From the NCBI RefSeq assembly GCF_001194135.2, contig NC_069005.1, positions 2,358,277 to 2,422,276 on the forward strand: a stretch of 64,000 nucleotides of DNA, written 5' to 3'. The notes below the pieces were generated by a model, which worked only from the letters and a program-made list of their open reading frames with translations, did not search any database and had not been told where the DNA came from. Position 1 is the first letter of the stretch. Every line of letters starts with the position of its first letter. Origin of the DNA: Octopus bimaculoides. Lineage: Eukaryota. A program made the position numbers and the translations under genes. Shown here piece after piece: positions 24,593-37,568 of this stretch.

Positions 24593-24824
24593 GGCGGCGA
24601 GCTGGCAGAATCGTTAGCACGCCGGGCGAATTGCTTAGCGGTATTTCGTCTGCCGTTACGTTCTGAGTTCAAATTCCGCCGAGGTCGACTTTGCCTTTCA
24701 TCCTTTCGAGGTCGATAAATTAAGAACCAGTTTCGCACTGGGATCGATATAATCGACTTAATACCTTTGCCTGTCCTTGTTTGTCCCCCTCTATGTTTAG
24801 CCCCTTGTGGGTAATAAAGAAATA
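24593..24824 (+). mobile_element. SINE family B, full length, with the ...ccccttgtgggtaataaagaaat tail variant
   Basis: Head ggcggcgagctggcagaatcgttagcacgccgggcgaattgcttagcgg, B-box-like gagttcaaattcc. Confidence 0.93.
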
Positions 24825-25783
24825 CGAATTTGAACTCAGATCGTAAAGACGAGCGAAATGCCGCTAAGTATTTTGTTACCGATTCTGCCAGCNNNNNNNN
24901 NNNNNNNNNNNNNNNNNNNNNNNNNNNNNNNNNNNNNNNNNNNNNNNNNNNNNNNNNNNNNNNNNNNNNNNNNNNNNNNNNNNNNNNNNNNNNNNNNNNN
25001 NNNNNNNNNNNNNNNNNNNNNNNNNNNNNNNNNNNNNNNNNNNNNNNNNNNNNNNNNNNNNNNNNNNNNNNNNNNNNNNNNNNNNNNNNNNNNNNNNNNN
25101 NNNNNNNNNNNNNNNNNNNNNNNNNNNNNNNNNNNNNNNNNNNNNNNNNNNNNNNNNNNNNNNNNNNNNNNNNNNNNNNNNNNNNNNNNNNNNNNNNNNN
25201 NNNNNNNNNNNNNNNNNNNNNNNNNNNNNNNNNNNNNNNNNNNNNNNNNNNNNNNNNNNNNNNNNNNNNNNNNNNNNNNNNNNNNNNNNNNNNNNNNNNN
25301 NNNNNNNNNNNNNNNNNNNNNNNNNNNNNNNNNNNNNNNNNNNNNNNNNNNNNNNNNNNNNNNNNNNNNNNNNNNNNNNNNNNNNNNNNNNNNNNNNNNN
25401 NNNNNNNNNNNNNNNNNNNNNNNNNNNNNNNNNNNNNNNNNNNNNNNNNNNNNNNNNNNNNNNNNNNNNNNNNNNNNNNNNNNNNNNNNNNNNNNNNNNN
25501 NNNNNNNNNNNNNNNNNNNNNNNNNNNNNNNNNNNNNNNNNNNNNNNNNNNNNNNNNNNNNNNNNNNNNNNNNNNNNNNNNNNNNNNNNNNNNNNNNNNN
25601 NNNNNNNNNNNNNNNNNNNNNNNNNNNNNNNNNNNNNNNNNNNNNNNNNNNNNNNNNNNNNNNNNNNNNNNNNNNNNNNNNNNNNNNNNNNNNNNNNNNN
25701 NNNNNNNNNNNNNNNNNNNNNNNNNNNNNNNNNNNNNNNNNNNNNNNNNNNNNNNNNNNNNNNNNNNNNNNNNNNNNNNNNNN

Positions 25784-25836
<53 letters not shown>

Positions 25837-26214
25837 GTTCTGTACGTACGTTTGTATGTATATGTATTATGTATGTACGTTTGTATATATGTATACATGT
25901 ATGTATGAATGGATGATATTATGAATGTATGTATGTATGTGAGTATGTATGAATGTACGTATGTATGTCTTTTGTATGCGTGGCTGTATCAAAGAGCAAC
26001 ACTGACGTAATCCATAGGATATCAAACGAAGCGTCTTTGTTAATGCATCGCTGTCGGAAACGAGGTTGTGGCTGCTTTTGAAAGTGAGGTTGTGTGGAGC
26101 AACTGGTACGTTACTTACGTGTGCAAACAGATTAGTAGCCGTGTGAAAATGGGATTATCGACAGATCTATAGAAGTATTATTAACAGGGATGTGTATTCG
26201 TTTATTCGGTTGCT

Positions 26215-26400
26215 CGTTTCAGTTATTTGACTGGGGCCACGCTGGAGCACCGCGTTTTAGCCGAACAAATCGATCCCAGGACATATTCTTTGTAAGCCTA
26301 GTACTTATTCTATCTGATACGTAAGCACACCAACATCGGTTATCAAGCAATGGGGGGGGGGGCAACATATGCACAGAGACACACAAAATTTAGTTCTCAC
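26215..26400 (-). mobile_element. SINE family A, 3' half
   Basis: gtttcagttatttgactggggccacgctggagcaccgc...aacatcggttatcaagc matches the family A tail. Confidence 0.87.
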
Positions 26401-26865
26401 CCGGGTCACTGACCTTCGATATCGTATGGAGCAACTGGTACGTTACTCCACACTTTCAAGAACTACATTCTTAACCTAAACGGCCGACATTACTTGGTCG
26501 TTCTCCCATTTCATAGTTAGCCTTTACAGACTCTAGTCACATCCCGGCTGTATTCTGGGAATATTCTTTTGTTTTGCAAAATTACTTCTCATCTGACAAT
26601 TACAGTCTTTCATAATGGAGTAATGTTTCCATTCTTCTATAAAAATGTTCCGTAAGAAACAACTGTTATGAGCTGACAATTATCCATTGTCCAATAATAG
26701 AGAGCAGTCGCCATATATTTTCCATACTTGCCATATTTGAAGACCAAGTAGTGTTCGTTAACTGCGCAGTTATCTAATATGCGATTATCTAATCGCATAT
26801 ATTACACAGTACAAAACCGATTGGTTACGTTGCCTGATAGGGATCTGCAATACACCACACTTTGA

Positions 26866-26932
<67 letters not shown>

Positions 26933-26971
26933 NNNNNNNNNNNNNNNNNNNNNNNNNNNNNNNNNNNNNNN

Positions 26972-27020
<49 letters not shown>

Positions 27021-27508
27021 GTGTAGGATTGTAGGCTTGTAAGAATATGTACTGTAAATAAATATGCTCGTTTATGTGTGAGCAACGAATGCAAGTTAGA
27101 ATAAAACGGAAGGAGAATAAGAGAACAGGAAAGTGAAAGAGAAAGGGAGAGAAAGAAAGGTAGAGAGAGAGAGAGAGAGAAGCAGATGAGTAAAGACTGC
27201 TTTAATGTTACAATCCGAGAAAAGCGTGAACAAGACAAACACTTACACATACACACTCGTATTCTTCCCACATTCACTTACGCCATATCTAGTTTTTCTC
27301 ATGTGTGTGTGTATAATATATATGTATGTACATATTAATACGTGCATAGATATGTGTGTGTATACATGTGTGCTTAACAGTCTATACGAACAAATACGCA
27401 CGTGTGAGTGCTTACATACATACATGCATAGATGTATATATATATAAATATATAATCGAATTTATATATGCACATACATACATACATACAGCTATATATA
27501 TGTGTGTG

Positions 27509-27560
<52 letters not shown>

Positions 27561-27702
27561 CACATGTATATGTATATATACGTTTATACCTACACACACG
27601 CACAAACACACATATACGCACACCTACGTATATAACGTGGTTTGTTATTTCATTTATTGACTTTACGATTACTTATATATATATNNNNNNNNNNTATATA
27701 TA

Positions 27703-27803
<101 letters not shown>

Positions 27804-28547
27804 CTAGATATATATATACACACGCGCACACACACTACATCTCGTTCTTGTACATTGATATATGTATTTTTATTATTATAATAGCGTATAGTACTCCGAT
27901 TCATATCAGAACATATAAAATTCTGTTTAATGTCTGCCCATAAAACCGACTTCATTCTCTCTGCAAGAGTGCTTTAGGCTTCAATATGGCGGCAAATCAT
28001 ATCCGCCACCTCTTAACTAATATTATCTTATTTAGGCTCGATTAAGGAACATAAAAATGTCATTTCTTGTCATCCTGTGTATGTAATCAAAATATCGATT
28101 AATATGTACACTAGCGTTCTAAATGGCCACCACTGGTAGAATAGCAGAAAATATCCCCTTGGCTAATGTATACTATTATCATTAAATCGTGGCGTTAAAA
28201 AGGTGAGGGATTATTGGTAAACTTTCTAAAATTAGCCATATTCATATTTTAGCTTTCTGCGCTGAGGAAAGCCTGTGAGCTGTGAGCTAAGAATTCTAGT
28301 CAATCTTTGCAACAAAAATATAGAGATAATCTGTATACGTGCGTGCCTATGTGCGTACGTATGTATGTGTGTTTGTTTGTGCGTGTGTGTGTGTGTATGT
28401 GTGTTTGTGTGTGTATGTGCGTACATATGTCAACATAGGTTACTGGCGACAAAAGCACTATTAGTTCAAATTGGCATTCTGTGTATCATACTTAAAGTAT
28501 ATATGCTCTTGAAAACCTAAACGCGGCATTCTTAATAACGGTTTCAC

Positions 28548-28685
28548 AGTTTGTTGTGGCTGTGTGGTAAGATGCTTGCTTCAAAACCACATGGTTCAGA
28601 GTTCAGTCCCACTGCGTGGTACTTTGGGCAACCAAAGCCTTGTGAGTAGATTTGGTAGACGTAATCTGAAAGAAGCTCGTCGTAT
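28548..28685 (+). mobile_element. SINE family A, 5' half with internal deletion
   Basis: gtggctgtgtggtaagatgcttgct...gttcagtcccactgcgtgg...accaaagccttgtgagtagatttggtagacg. Confidence 0.87.
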
Positions 28686-28897
28686 CTCCCTCTCTCTCTT
28701 ATATAACTAATTGAGAGACGAACCACCATTACACAACTCAGTCAATGAAAAACCCGTCCAAAACCATATTGTGAGACATATACCATACAAAATACTAATC
28801 TAAAATTTTAATAATATATAACATTGAACATTACGAAATTCAGTCTAATATTATACTAAATTTTACATGTAAGGTTGGAATAATAATTTATTCCCCA

Positions 28898-28942
<45 letters not shown>

Positions 28943-28959
28943 CATATATGTGTGTATGT

Positions 28960-29335
28960 GTGTGTGTGTTTCTGTTTGTTAGTCTTCCCTCAACGCCTGA
29001 GAGCACGTATTGGTGTGTTTAAGTCCAAGTAACTTAGCGGTTCGACAAAAGAACGAGTACCAGGCTTAAGGATAAAAATAAGTCCTGGGGCCGTTTCGTT
29101 CGACCAAAACTCTTCACGGCCGTGCCAGGCATGGCCGCAGTCTAACGACTGAACTAATTAAGTAATTAAAAAGGGGCAGAATTAATATACTTGATTGTTT
29201 CTTCATTTTATCGATCCCATAAAAGTGAAATGTTATGTTGACCTCGCTGGTATTTGAATATACAAGGAAAGAACCGGACGAAATGTCGCCAGGCATTTTG
29301 TCCGGCGTGCAAACGATTCTACCAGCTCACCAACT
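28960..29335. mobile_element. SINE family A 3' half (+, to about 29160) abutting SINE family B (-, about 29170-29335)
   Basis: Direct similarity to the intact copies. Confidence 0.8.
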
Positions 29336-29796
29336 TGCTAATGCTTTCATATTTTAGCAAAAGGCCTGGAATTTTGATCTGCTTATCCTCATTTTCATGG
29401 TCGAAAAAGTTTGGTGACCCCTGCTTTTAAAGAATTAAATCCTGACATGAATTTGATCGAATCTAACTCTTCAATGGAAATGCTCCAGGGTGACCGCTGT
29501 CCAGTTTCTGTAGCAAGCAACAGAAGACATGGATAACAATCAGTATGAATATACAGCAGTTTTTTTTAAATTCTTACTTTTGAAGCTTTCGTTGTGTACA
29601 TAGGATTTTGGCAACGTTCTCTATTAAGCATATATACATACATAGATAATACATACATACTACGTACGTACGTACATTCATACATACATACATACATACG
29701 AACGTATGTGTGTGTGCGCGCGTTGCGAAAATTGAAGTAGCACGGAAGTGAATCAAACTTAATATATATATATATACGTACATACATACATATATA

Positions 29797-29841
<45 letters not shown>

Positions 29842-30080
29842 ATCTATGTATGTATCTCTCTTCTCTCTCTGTATGTGTGTGTATATATGTCTCTGTGAGC
29901 GTTTGTGCACATATATACGTATTGTTATGTGATTGTTTTATGCTGTAGTGTTTTGTTTTTTAATTCGCTCTTGTGATGTTGGCGCATTGTCTTTGAGAAT
30001 CTCTGCTTTTTTTTATAAGGTTGTCTACTGCTGGTCTGTAATTAGGGCTGTATTATCTATGTTATCTTATGGGATGTGTA

Positions 30081-30127
<47 letters not shown>

Positions 30128-30195
30128 GCACATATATACAGATATATATACACATATTCAAATATATACACATATTTTCAAATGTACACACATAA

Positions 30196-30236
<41 letters not shown>

Positions 30237-30667
30237 CATACACGCATACACACATGTATACACAATGTATACGTATGTATATATATATATCTACTTACAC
30301 ACACACACACATATATATATACACATACATACATACATACATACACTTACACACACACATATATATATATATACATTCGCACATACATACATACATATAT
30401 ATACATACATACATACATACATACATACACACACACATACACACATACAGACATACACACATACACACATACATACATACACACACACATACATACATAC
30501 ACACATACATATATACACATACATATATACACACATACATATATATACACATACATATATATACACATACATATATATACACATACATATATATACACAT
30601 ACATATATATATACATACATATATATATACATACATATATATATACATACATATATATATATGTATG

Positions 30668-30699
<32 letters not shown>

Positions 30700-30764
30700 T
30701 TTAGAGGCGTCTATAATTATTGTGTTGAGTGAATACACGACAGCGTCTTTGATGATGAGATGGC

Positions 30765-31150
30765 TCTTATTTCTTCTCTTTGTTTCAATCATTGGACTGC
30801 AGCCATACTGAGGGGGGTGGGTTAGAGGGCGTGCACTTGGAATTTTCAGTCGGACAAATAGACGTCAACGATTATTGTTTTTCCTTATATTTTAAACGGG
30901 GTCCTTATTCCGTAGGTTACACTTAACGAACCACTCATTTGCGGGGACGTAAACAAACCACCGCTTGTTGCCAAACAGTTCATGAGGGACATGGGACACA
31001 AATGCAAACGCGAAGACACATACAGGCATTTATATACATGCATCGTATGCGACAGGATTCCACGCAGTTTCCGTGTACCTAATTTCTTCACGAGGCATCG
31101 GTTGACCCCGGGGTCATAGTAGAAGCTATGAACAAGATGTGGCAAGTAAG
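30765..31150 (-). mobile_element. Decayed SINE family A
   Basis: tttgtttcaatcattggactgcagccatactg...cggggacgtaaacaaacc...atagtagaag. Confidence 0.75.
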
Positions 31151-31429
31151 ATATCTTGGTGACCCACTGCGACCGTCTTCATCGCTTCCACCTCTATGGT
31201 TTGGAATCAAGATTCTCTCTAACCGAGGGTTAAACTGCTTACTTTCTTAATGCAGGTTGTGTTGCTGTATTTTTATCGTAAAAGCCTTTTCGCTGTTGAA
31301 GCAAATTTCCACTGCTTGTCTATTAACATCATTGGTGATGTTCATTTGTTTTATACATACTGTAGGCTCTCGTAGTCCGAGAACGACGGTCCTGCAGTGG
31401 CTGTGTGGTAACACGCCAGGTGTTGACCG

Positions 31430-31548
31430 CAGAGCAATGTGAGATAAAGAGTTTCGTTCAAGAACAATACTTGCCCCACTCCAAGTATTGAAACCGGTTC
31501 TCGCGAACCTAAGCGCAACAACCTAACCACCAGGCCATGCTCCCTCGA
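31430..31548 (-). mobile_element. SINE family D (tRNA-like head followed by a gttcttgagcaaaacact-type core)
   Basis: Reverse complement gggagcatggcctggtggttagg...gtttcaatac...gttcttgaacgaaactct; related to 39545-39680 and 54400-54600. Confidence 0.65.
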
Positions 31549-31573
31549 CACATTTCTTTATACATGCCATACA

Positions 31574-32150
31574 CAGGGTGGCCCAAAGTAGGTTTATAGT
31601 TATCACGTAAGCACTTTAAATTTCTTTTAAAACATTTAATTACATTTTAATTTCTATCTTACAAACTGGAAAGGGAGTTAGACAAAATTAACTAAATTAG
31701 CATAGAATAATGTTTTCATATTTTTTAATAATTAAGATCTAAACTGTTAACATATGAATGCAAAAGAGATAGTTGAATAACTGTAAACCTACTCTGCAAA
31801 CCCCACCTCACCCAGATGAATGTTCTCTTTATTCTTGTGTGAAGGTTATTTGGAACATTAAGTGTAGAAATACCGAGAATTTTTCCCTCAAATATTTCTT
31901 CGTGAATGACGTCTGTGATAATAAAATCTTTTAAATCTTTAAAAGTGTTTTCGATGGTGTTGATACTGTATTGTCGGGGGAGGGGAATGTCCAGAAATGC
32001 TTTTGTAAGGTTTGCTGTGTAGTGGCCCTTTTGAAGCACTAATACTACGCATTTTCTACACCGAGCAAATTACAATTTCTTCTATGCTCGGCCTCTGGTA
32101 ACATATTCGGTAAATTTCTTCTTAATCTCTATTTTTGTAAGCAATTGTAA
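31574..32150 (-). mobile_element. Tc1/mariner-like element, 3' end relic
   Basis: Terminus cagggtggccca, similar to the terminus at 61789. The minus frame contains TIENTFKDLKDFII, resembling a transposase C-terminus. Confidence 0.5.
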
Positions 32151-32291
32151 ATATATATCATGTCCATATTTTTGTACGCTGTGTAAATTTATGAAATATA
32201 AGCAAATGAACGAAATAGCACATGTATGGAACTGCTAATTTAACGGTAAATTCCACAATATTACAGAAAGACAAAGAATTTTATGTCTTAC

Positions 32292-32329
32292 CTTGTAACT
32301 TCTGCGGTAATTATCATCCGGTAATGGAA
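32292..32329 (-). CDS. Candidate micro-exon (38 nt; PLPDDNYRRSYK), unknown protein
   Basis: Acceptor catatttacag| and donor AAG|GTAAGA. The frame is open from 32396 (CQYKILHYFLFPLLEDKQYIFTVPLPDDNYRRSYK). No homology recognised. Confidence 0.25.
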
Positions 32330-32789
32330 CTGTAAATATGTATTGTTTATCCTCCAGTAACGGAAAAAGGAAATAATGTAAAATTTTGTATTGACACTGG
32401 CCAACTCACACTTCACGCATGTCAGTCGTCCACAAAGTATATAAAACAAGCAGCGCATAACAAGAAGAGAAGAGACAAAAATAAAATAACACGTGTCAAT
32501 TTTTTTTTTCTAAAAACGTTCAATGACCTTAAATGGAGTGTGGGGTTCGAATAGACGCCATTCCACCTTTTGATTTATCATTACCATTCTTTTCGTTCGA
32601 TTTTATTTTTCCGCCACTTTTGTGTTTTTTCTGACCTTGTGTTGTTCCCTCTGTGTTTCGACCCTGTGTGGTTAATAAAAAAGATCAAGTCATCAGGTAT
32701 GTATGTGTAGTTGTGTATGCGTGTTTAATAACGTACCGTTTATAGTATGTCTATATATATAGATAACAATAACATTTCTACTATAGTAT

Positions 32790-32985
32790 AAGTTCTAAAT
32801 TTTTTTAGGGGGAGACGGGACTGGTCGATTACATCGACCCCAGTGCTTCGCCGCTACTTAATTAATCGACCCCGAAAGGATGAAAGGCAAAATCGACCTC
32901 AACCGAATTTGAACTCAGAACGTAGTTACGGGCGAAACAACGCTAAGCATTTCGTCCAGCGTGCTAACGATTCTGCCAGCTCTCG
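32790..32985 (-). mobile_element. SINE family B
   Basis: Reverse complement match to the family B consensus. Confidence 0.9.
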
Positions 32986-33009
32986 GCCTAACTACAGCAA
33001 AAACAACAA

Positions 33010-33890
33010 CAATGATTTTATTATTTGCCACAAGGGTAAAGGATCAGGGAGACAATACAAACGCAAACATAAAGTGTAGGGGTTTGCATTCAATGAAATG
33101 ATAAAAAAAAAATCACAAAGTTTACAGGATAAACAAAGAAGGAAAGTATACAACAATAAAAGGCAAGAAGTAAAAAAAAAGATGATAGTGAAGTGGTCCT
33201 TCTGTCCCAGGAGGACCCCATCACAATCCTCTTAGGGGTAATCGAGAAACCCACCGTCCAGAATCTCCTTTTACACCAAGGGCATGTCCTTTCCTGTTCT
33301 TTTCTTTCGACTCAAGAGTCTACACTTAGAACAGTGCCATCCACTCTTGCCATTTTCGCATCTTTAACTCACCTTTCAGTATATTCACTGGCCGCCAGTA
33401 TTTCCCTTTCCCTCTTCACGTTCCTTAACGAATGAGACTCGAAAATGTTGATGAGGGCGCTACAAAAGAGGAATTAGTCTGCCCTACAAATTTCTGCCCT
33501 TCAAACTGGTCCACCAGACAACGTGTTTCTCCATAGCCACCAGATGGTCGACCCTATCGAATGCTTTGAATTGATCCAAATTGATCAGAGTCCCACCCAC
33601 TCAATGATGTATCACATCTGGCAGAGGTTGTGGATAAACCTGTTCGAGATTGCGGACGTTTGCGGTTCCCCGACCAGGGTACCGACGACAGGCGCCAACC
33701 GTTTCGCGAACACTTTGACCAAAATTTTAAACTCTGTGTTTAGCAGACTTATGGACAGCAAATTCGCTAACACCACCTCATTGCCAGCGTCCTTCCTCAG
33801 CAGTGTTACCACAACCCGGCTAACAGTAGTAGGAATTCTGCCATTTATAGTAGACGTCTGCCAAGCGGCCCACCAAACAAATCTGGTATG
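33010..33890 (-). mobile_element. L1/Tx1-clade LINE: RT N-terminal part fused to the ORF2 C-terminus and 3' UTR
   Basis: VVTLLRKD...ISLLNTEFKILVKVFAKRLAPVVGTLVGEPQTSAI, then LINLDQFKAFDRVDH (RT motif), then VVWWTSLKG and ...KMARVDGTVLSVDS*, then a UTR ending cccttgtggcaaataataaaat. Confidence 0.88.
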
Positions 33891-34686
33891 TATTCACAAA
33901 ATTCAAGAATACAAGGGATGACGACGACGACGACGACGATGATGCATCTATGAGATCTAAGGGGAGATAATAGCAACAATAACACTTCCTTTAGTTAAAA
34001 CTGTTGTTATTGTATATCTTCTTTCTTTAATGTTGCCCATATTTTTTTCTTCTAGACTATTTGTATTTTGCATTTGCTTGATATCATCTCTGAGTATTCT
34101 GTAGACTTCGTCGGACAAATATCTTCTTAAGTGGTTTAAAATACGCTTAAGTGCATTTCTGTGGCTTCTGTCCTTTGGAATATATTGGATAACATTTATC
34201 TTTTTTTCACATACCCCCCCCCCCAAAAAAAAAAAATCATTTAACTTTATTCAAACCGCAGACATCTTGTTTTTACTGACATTTCATTTTCAATATTTGT
34301 TTACTCTGTAGATTAAAATATTTTAAAAGCAGTAGATTTGTAAATGAGTAAGAGTTCGTTGCAGTTAGTGGCAGGTCTAACCAGCGTGTACAAGCTTTCC
34401 TCGTAGGTCTGTTTTCCCCATGAGAGACCCGTTGGGTTTGTATAACGGAGTTGTGGTCGATTGCATTAACCACAGGCTTCTGGACATTAGCTATTATGAG
34501 AATGAAACAAGTTTTGATATTTAAAGGTTAACTAAAAAAAAAATTCATCGATTCATGTTTATAATTCGGGGCTTCAGAAGAAGAATGGCACACAGCACAG
34601 TACGAACTCACAAGCCATGTGTTTGAAACCAGATACCTGAAGCAACTCTACGGTGAATAAATATCATTATTAGAAGCAAGTTTCAA

Positions 34687-35028
34687 GGCGGTGAGCTGGC
34701 AGAATCGTTAGCACGCCAGGCGAAATGCTTAGCAGTATTTCGTTTGTCTTTACGTTCTGAGTTCAAATTCCGCCGAGGTCGACTTTGCCTTTCATCGTTT
34801 CGGGATCAATAAATTAAGTACCAGTTACGTACTGGGGTCGATGTAATCAACTTAATCCCTTCCCCCAAATTTGGGGCCTTGTGCTTCTGGTAGAAAGGAT
34901 TATTAAAATTAAGCAGAAAGCAGCGAACTGGCGGAATATTTAATGTCGGAAAAAACGCCTTGTGTTTCTTTTTTTACAATTCTTTATATTCTGAGTTCAA
35001 ATGGAGCCGAAGTCATATTTGCCTTTCG
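34687..35028 (+). mobile_element. SINE family B full copy (34687-34905) plus a second head (34915-35028)
   Basis: ggcggtgagctggcagaatcgttagcacgcc...ccttgtgcttctggtagaaaggattatt. Confidence 0.92.
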
Positions 35029-35844
35029 NNNNNNNNNNNNNNNNNNNNNNNNNNNNNNNNNNNNNNNNNNNNNNNNNNNNNNNNNNNNNNNNNNNNNNNN
35101 NNNNNNNNNNNNNNNNNNNNNNNNNNNNNNNNNNNNNNNNNNNNNNNNNNNNNNNNNNNNNNNNNNNNNNNNNNNNNNNNNNNNNNNNNNNNNNNNNNNN
35201 NNNNNNNNNNNNNNNNNNNNNNNNNNNNNNNNNNNNNNNNNNNNNNNNNNNNNNNNNNNNNNNNNNNNNNNNNNNNNNNNNNNNNNNNNNNNNNNNNNNN
35301 NNNNNNNNNNNNNNNNNNNNNNNNNNNNNNNNNNNNNNNNNNNNNNNNNNNNNNNNNNNNNNNNNNNNNNNNNNNNNNNNNNNNNNNNNNNGTATCTCAT
35401 CTTTGGGAAATGAGGTTGATGAAATAAAGTACCAGTGGTGTACTGGGGGTGGTCTTTAACGTTTATACTACCCTCTCACCAAAATTCGAGACCTTTTATT
35501 TATTATTTAAAAGCAAGCTCAAGATAATAGAGAAGGAATAAAGAAGACTAAGTAAAAAAAAAAAGAAAAAAAAAGAAAAAAAACTGTTCGAGAATGGTCA
35601 CTCAGTCAAACCACAATCTGATGGAATCTTAGCTTAACTCAATGTGACCGTTCTTTACGTTAAATCGGTTTGTTTTGAGAGGTCAATTGACCATGGCTCT
35701 CACTCTATCACAATCGATTTAGAGACGTTTACACATACATACACAGAAATAGGTACACACACACACACACAGACATAGACACACACATAGACACATACAC
35801 TGACACAGAGAAAACATCTCCTTTACCAAACTGCTATTCTATCT

Positions 35845-35883
<39 letters not shown>

Positions 35884-36854
35884 GCGTGCGCGGCGCTTAC
35901 ACCGCCGCCTTCACGCGATCCCCGAATACGGCCCCCTCCACTCGCCTATGCGCTTTGCCAGTTTAACATAAAACACCACTTAAGATCTGAGAGAATACTG
36001 ATGATGTATAACAGTTAAATCTATTGATTGGTCGTGATTGTGAGCGATTATCAATTCTTTTCATCGACAGTAGCCGAGCCAGCTCCATACACACACACAC
36101 TTGTGCGAGCACACACTCACTTAGATGGCCCCATAAACGGGCACAAATACAAGTACATACACGCATTCACGCACACAGTTATCTGTTTACTGGTTCTACA
36201 CACAAACTTACACGCATAGACACATACAGAACCATGCATACGGAAGCACATACAGGCACGTACAACACATTCGCACGCATTTACTCACACAAACACAGCT
36301 GCACACACACACTCACACACACGTGCACGCGCGCAGAACCATAGAACCATATATAGGGACACATTTAAAATTACACACATTCACTCACACACTCTCACAC
36401 ACACACATACATACACACATACACACGTGCAAAGTCATGCAATCGGGGACACACAGAACCGTACACACACAGACACACATACAAGCGCACGCATTCATAC
36501 ACATACACATGCATCCAAGCACACACCCAGAGGTAGCTGTTTACCAATTCTTTTCCTACACACACACACATACACACACGCAGAGTAATGCATACGAACA
36601 TACAAACAAGTACACACATCCACACATTTTCTCTCTCATTCACACACACACACACACACACACACATACAAAACACACATATGCACGCACACACATACAC
36701 ACACACATACACCCACCCACACACCCTTGCAGTGTTATCTATTTACCAGTTCATTCCCTATATTTCTCTGCTCGCCTAATTTCTCTTCCTTTTCTTTCTT
36801 TCCTTCCTTCCTTTTCTTTCTTTCTTTCTTTCTTTCTTTTTTTTCTCTCCCCTT

Positions 36855-36900
36855 CGCTGTCTCTGACTCACTTCCCAAGATGGCGGTTATGGCGGCGATG
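36855..36900 (+). promoter_or_regulatory. YY1-like motif (CAAGATGGCGG) downstream of a pyrimidine tract; possible promoter or 5' UTR
   Basis: caagatggcgg at 36876-36886 and a second atggcggcg at about 36889. Motif match only. Confidence 0.25.
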
Positions 36901-37396
36901 TTACAATGTAACGCATGCCATTAATACGAATGAAAAGAAGTGGATTTCTTTCAGCTTTACAACTCGACAGTTTAACACTATATTTAAATTGAAAAGTGAG
37001 GAAAACAACAAGACAAGGAAGATTTTCATCATTATTTCTAACAGCCTACATCACGGTATATAGACGAGCGCCGTGAGAGAGTTTCTATTCGGGGCGCTAG
37101 CGTTTTATCCAGATAACGCTTTGAATATCTCCCCTTTCTTCCTGTTCCTTCACTTCAGAACCGATTTCAGGAACTGTACATCAAACTTAGTTATCATCAG
37201 ATGCTGTTAATGTTATTATTTTGCGGTTAGTGTTCTTCCTGTAAATGAGTGCGGTGGAGTCGATGCGGTGTTGCTTGTCGCGGCAATGACCTTTTTGGAA
37301 GTATCTGTATACAGTAAAGCAAGGCCTGACATTTTGGGTTTTAACGATGAACATTAAGGGTGCCTATATTACAAAGGAATATTAGGAGCCAGTTTT

Positions 37397-37568
37397 TAAG
37401 GTGGCGAGCTAGCGGAATCGTTTGCACGCCGAACTAAATGCTTAGCAGCATTTCGTCCGGCTGTATATTTTGGGTATAAATTCTCCAGGGACGGCGTTGT
37501 CTTTCATCATTACATGGTCGATGAAATAAGTACCAGTCGAACACTGGGGTCGATGTTATCGACTTACA
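37397..37568 (+). mobile_element. SINE family B, decayed
   Basis: ggtggcgagctagcggaatcgtttgcacgcc...taagtaccagtcgaacactggggtcgatgttatcgac. Confidence 0.85.
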
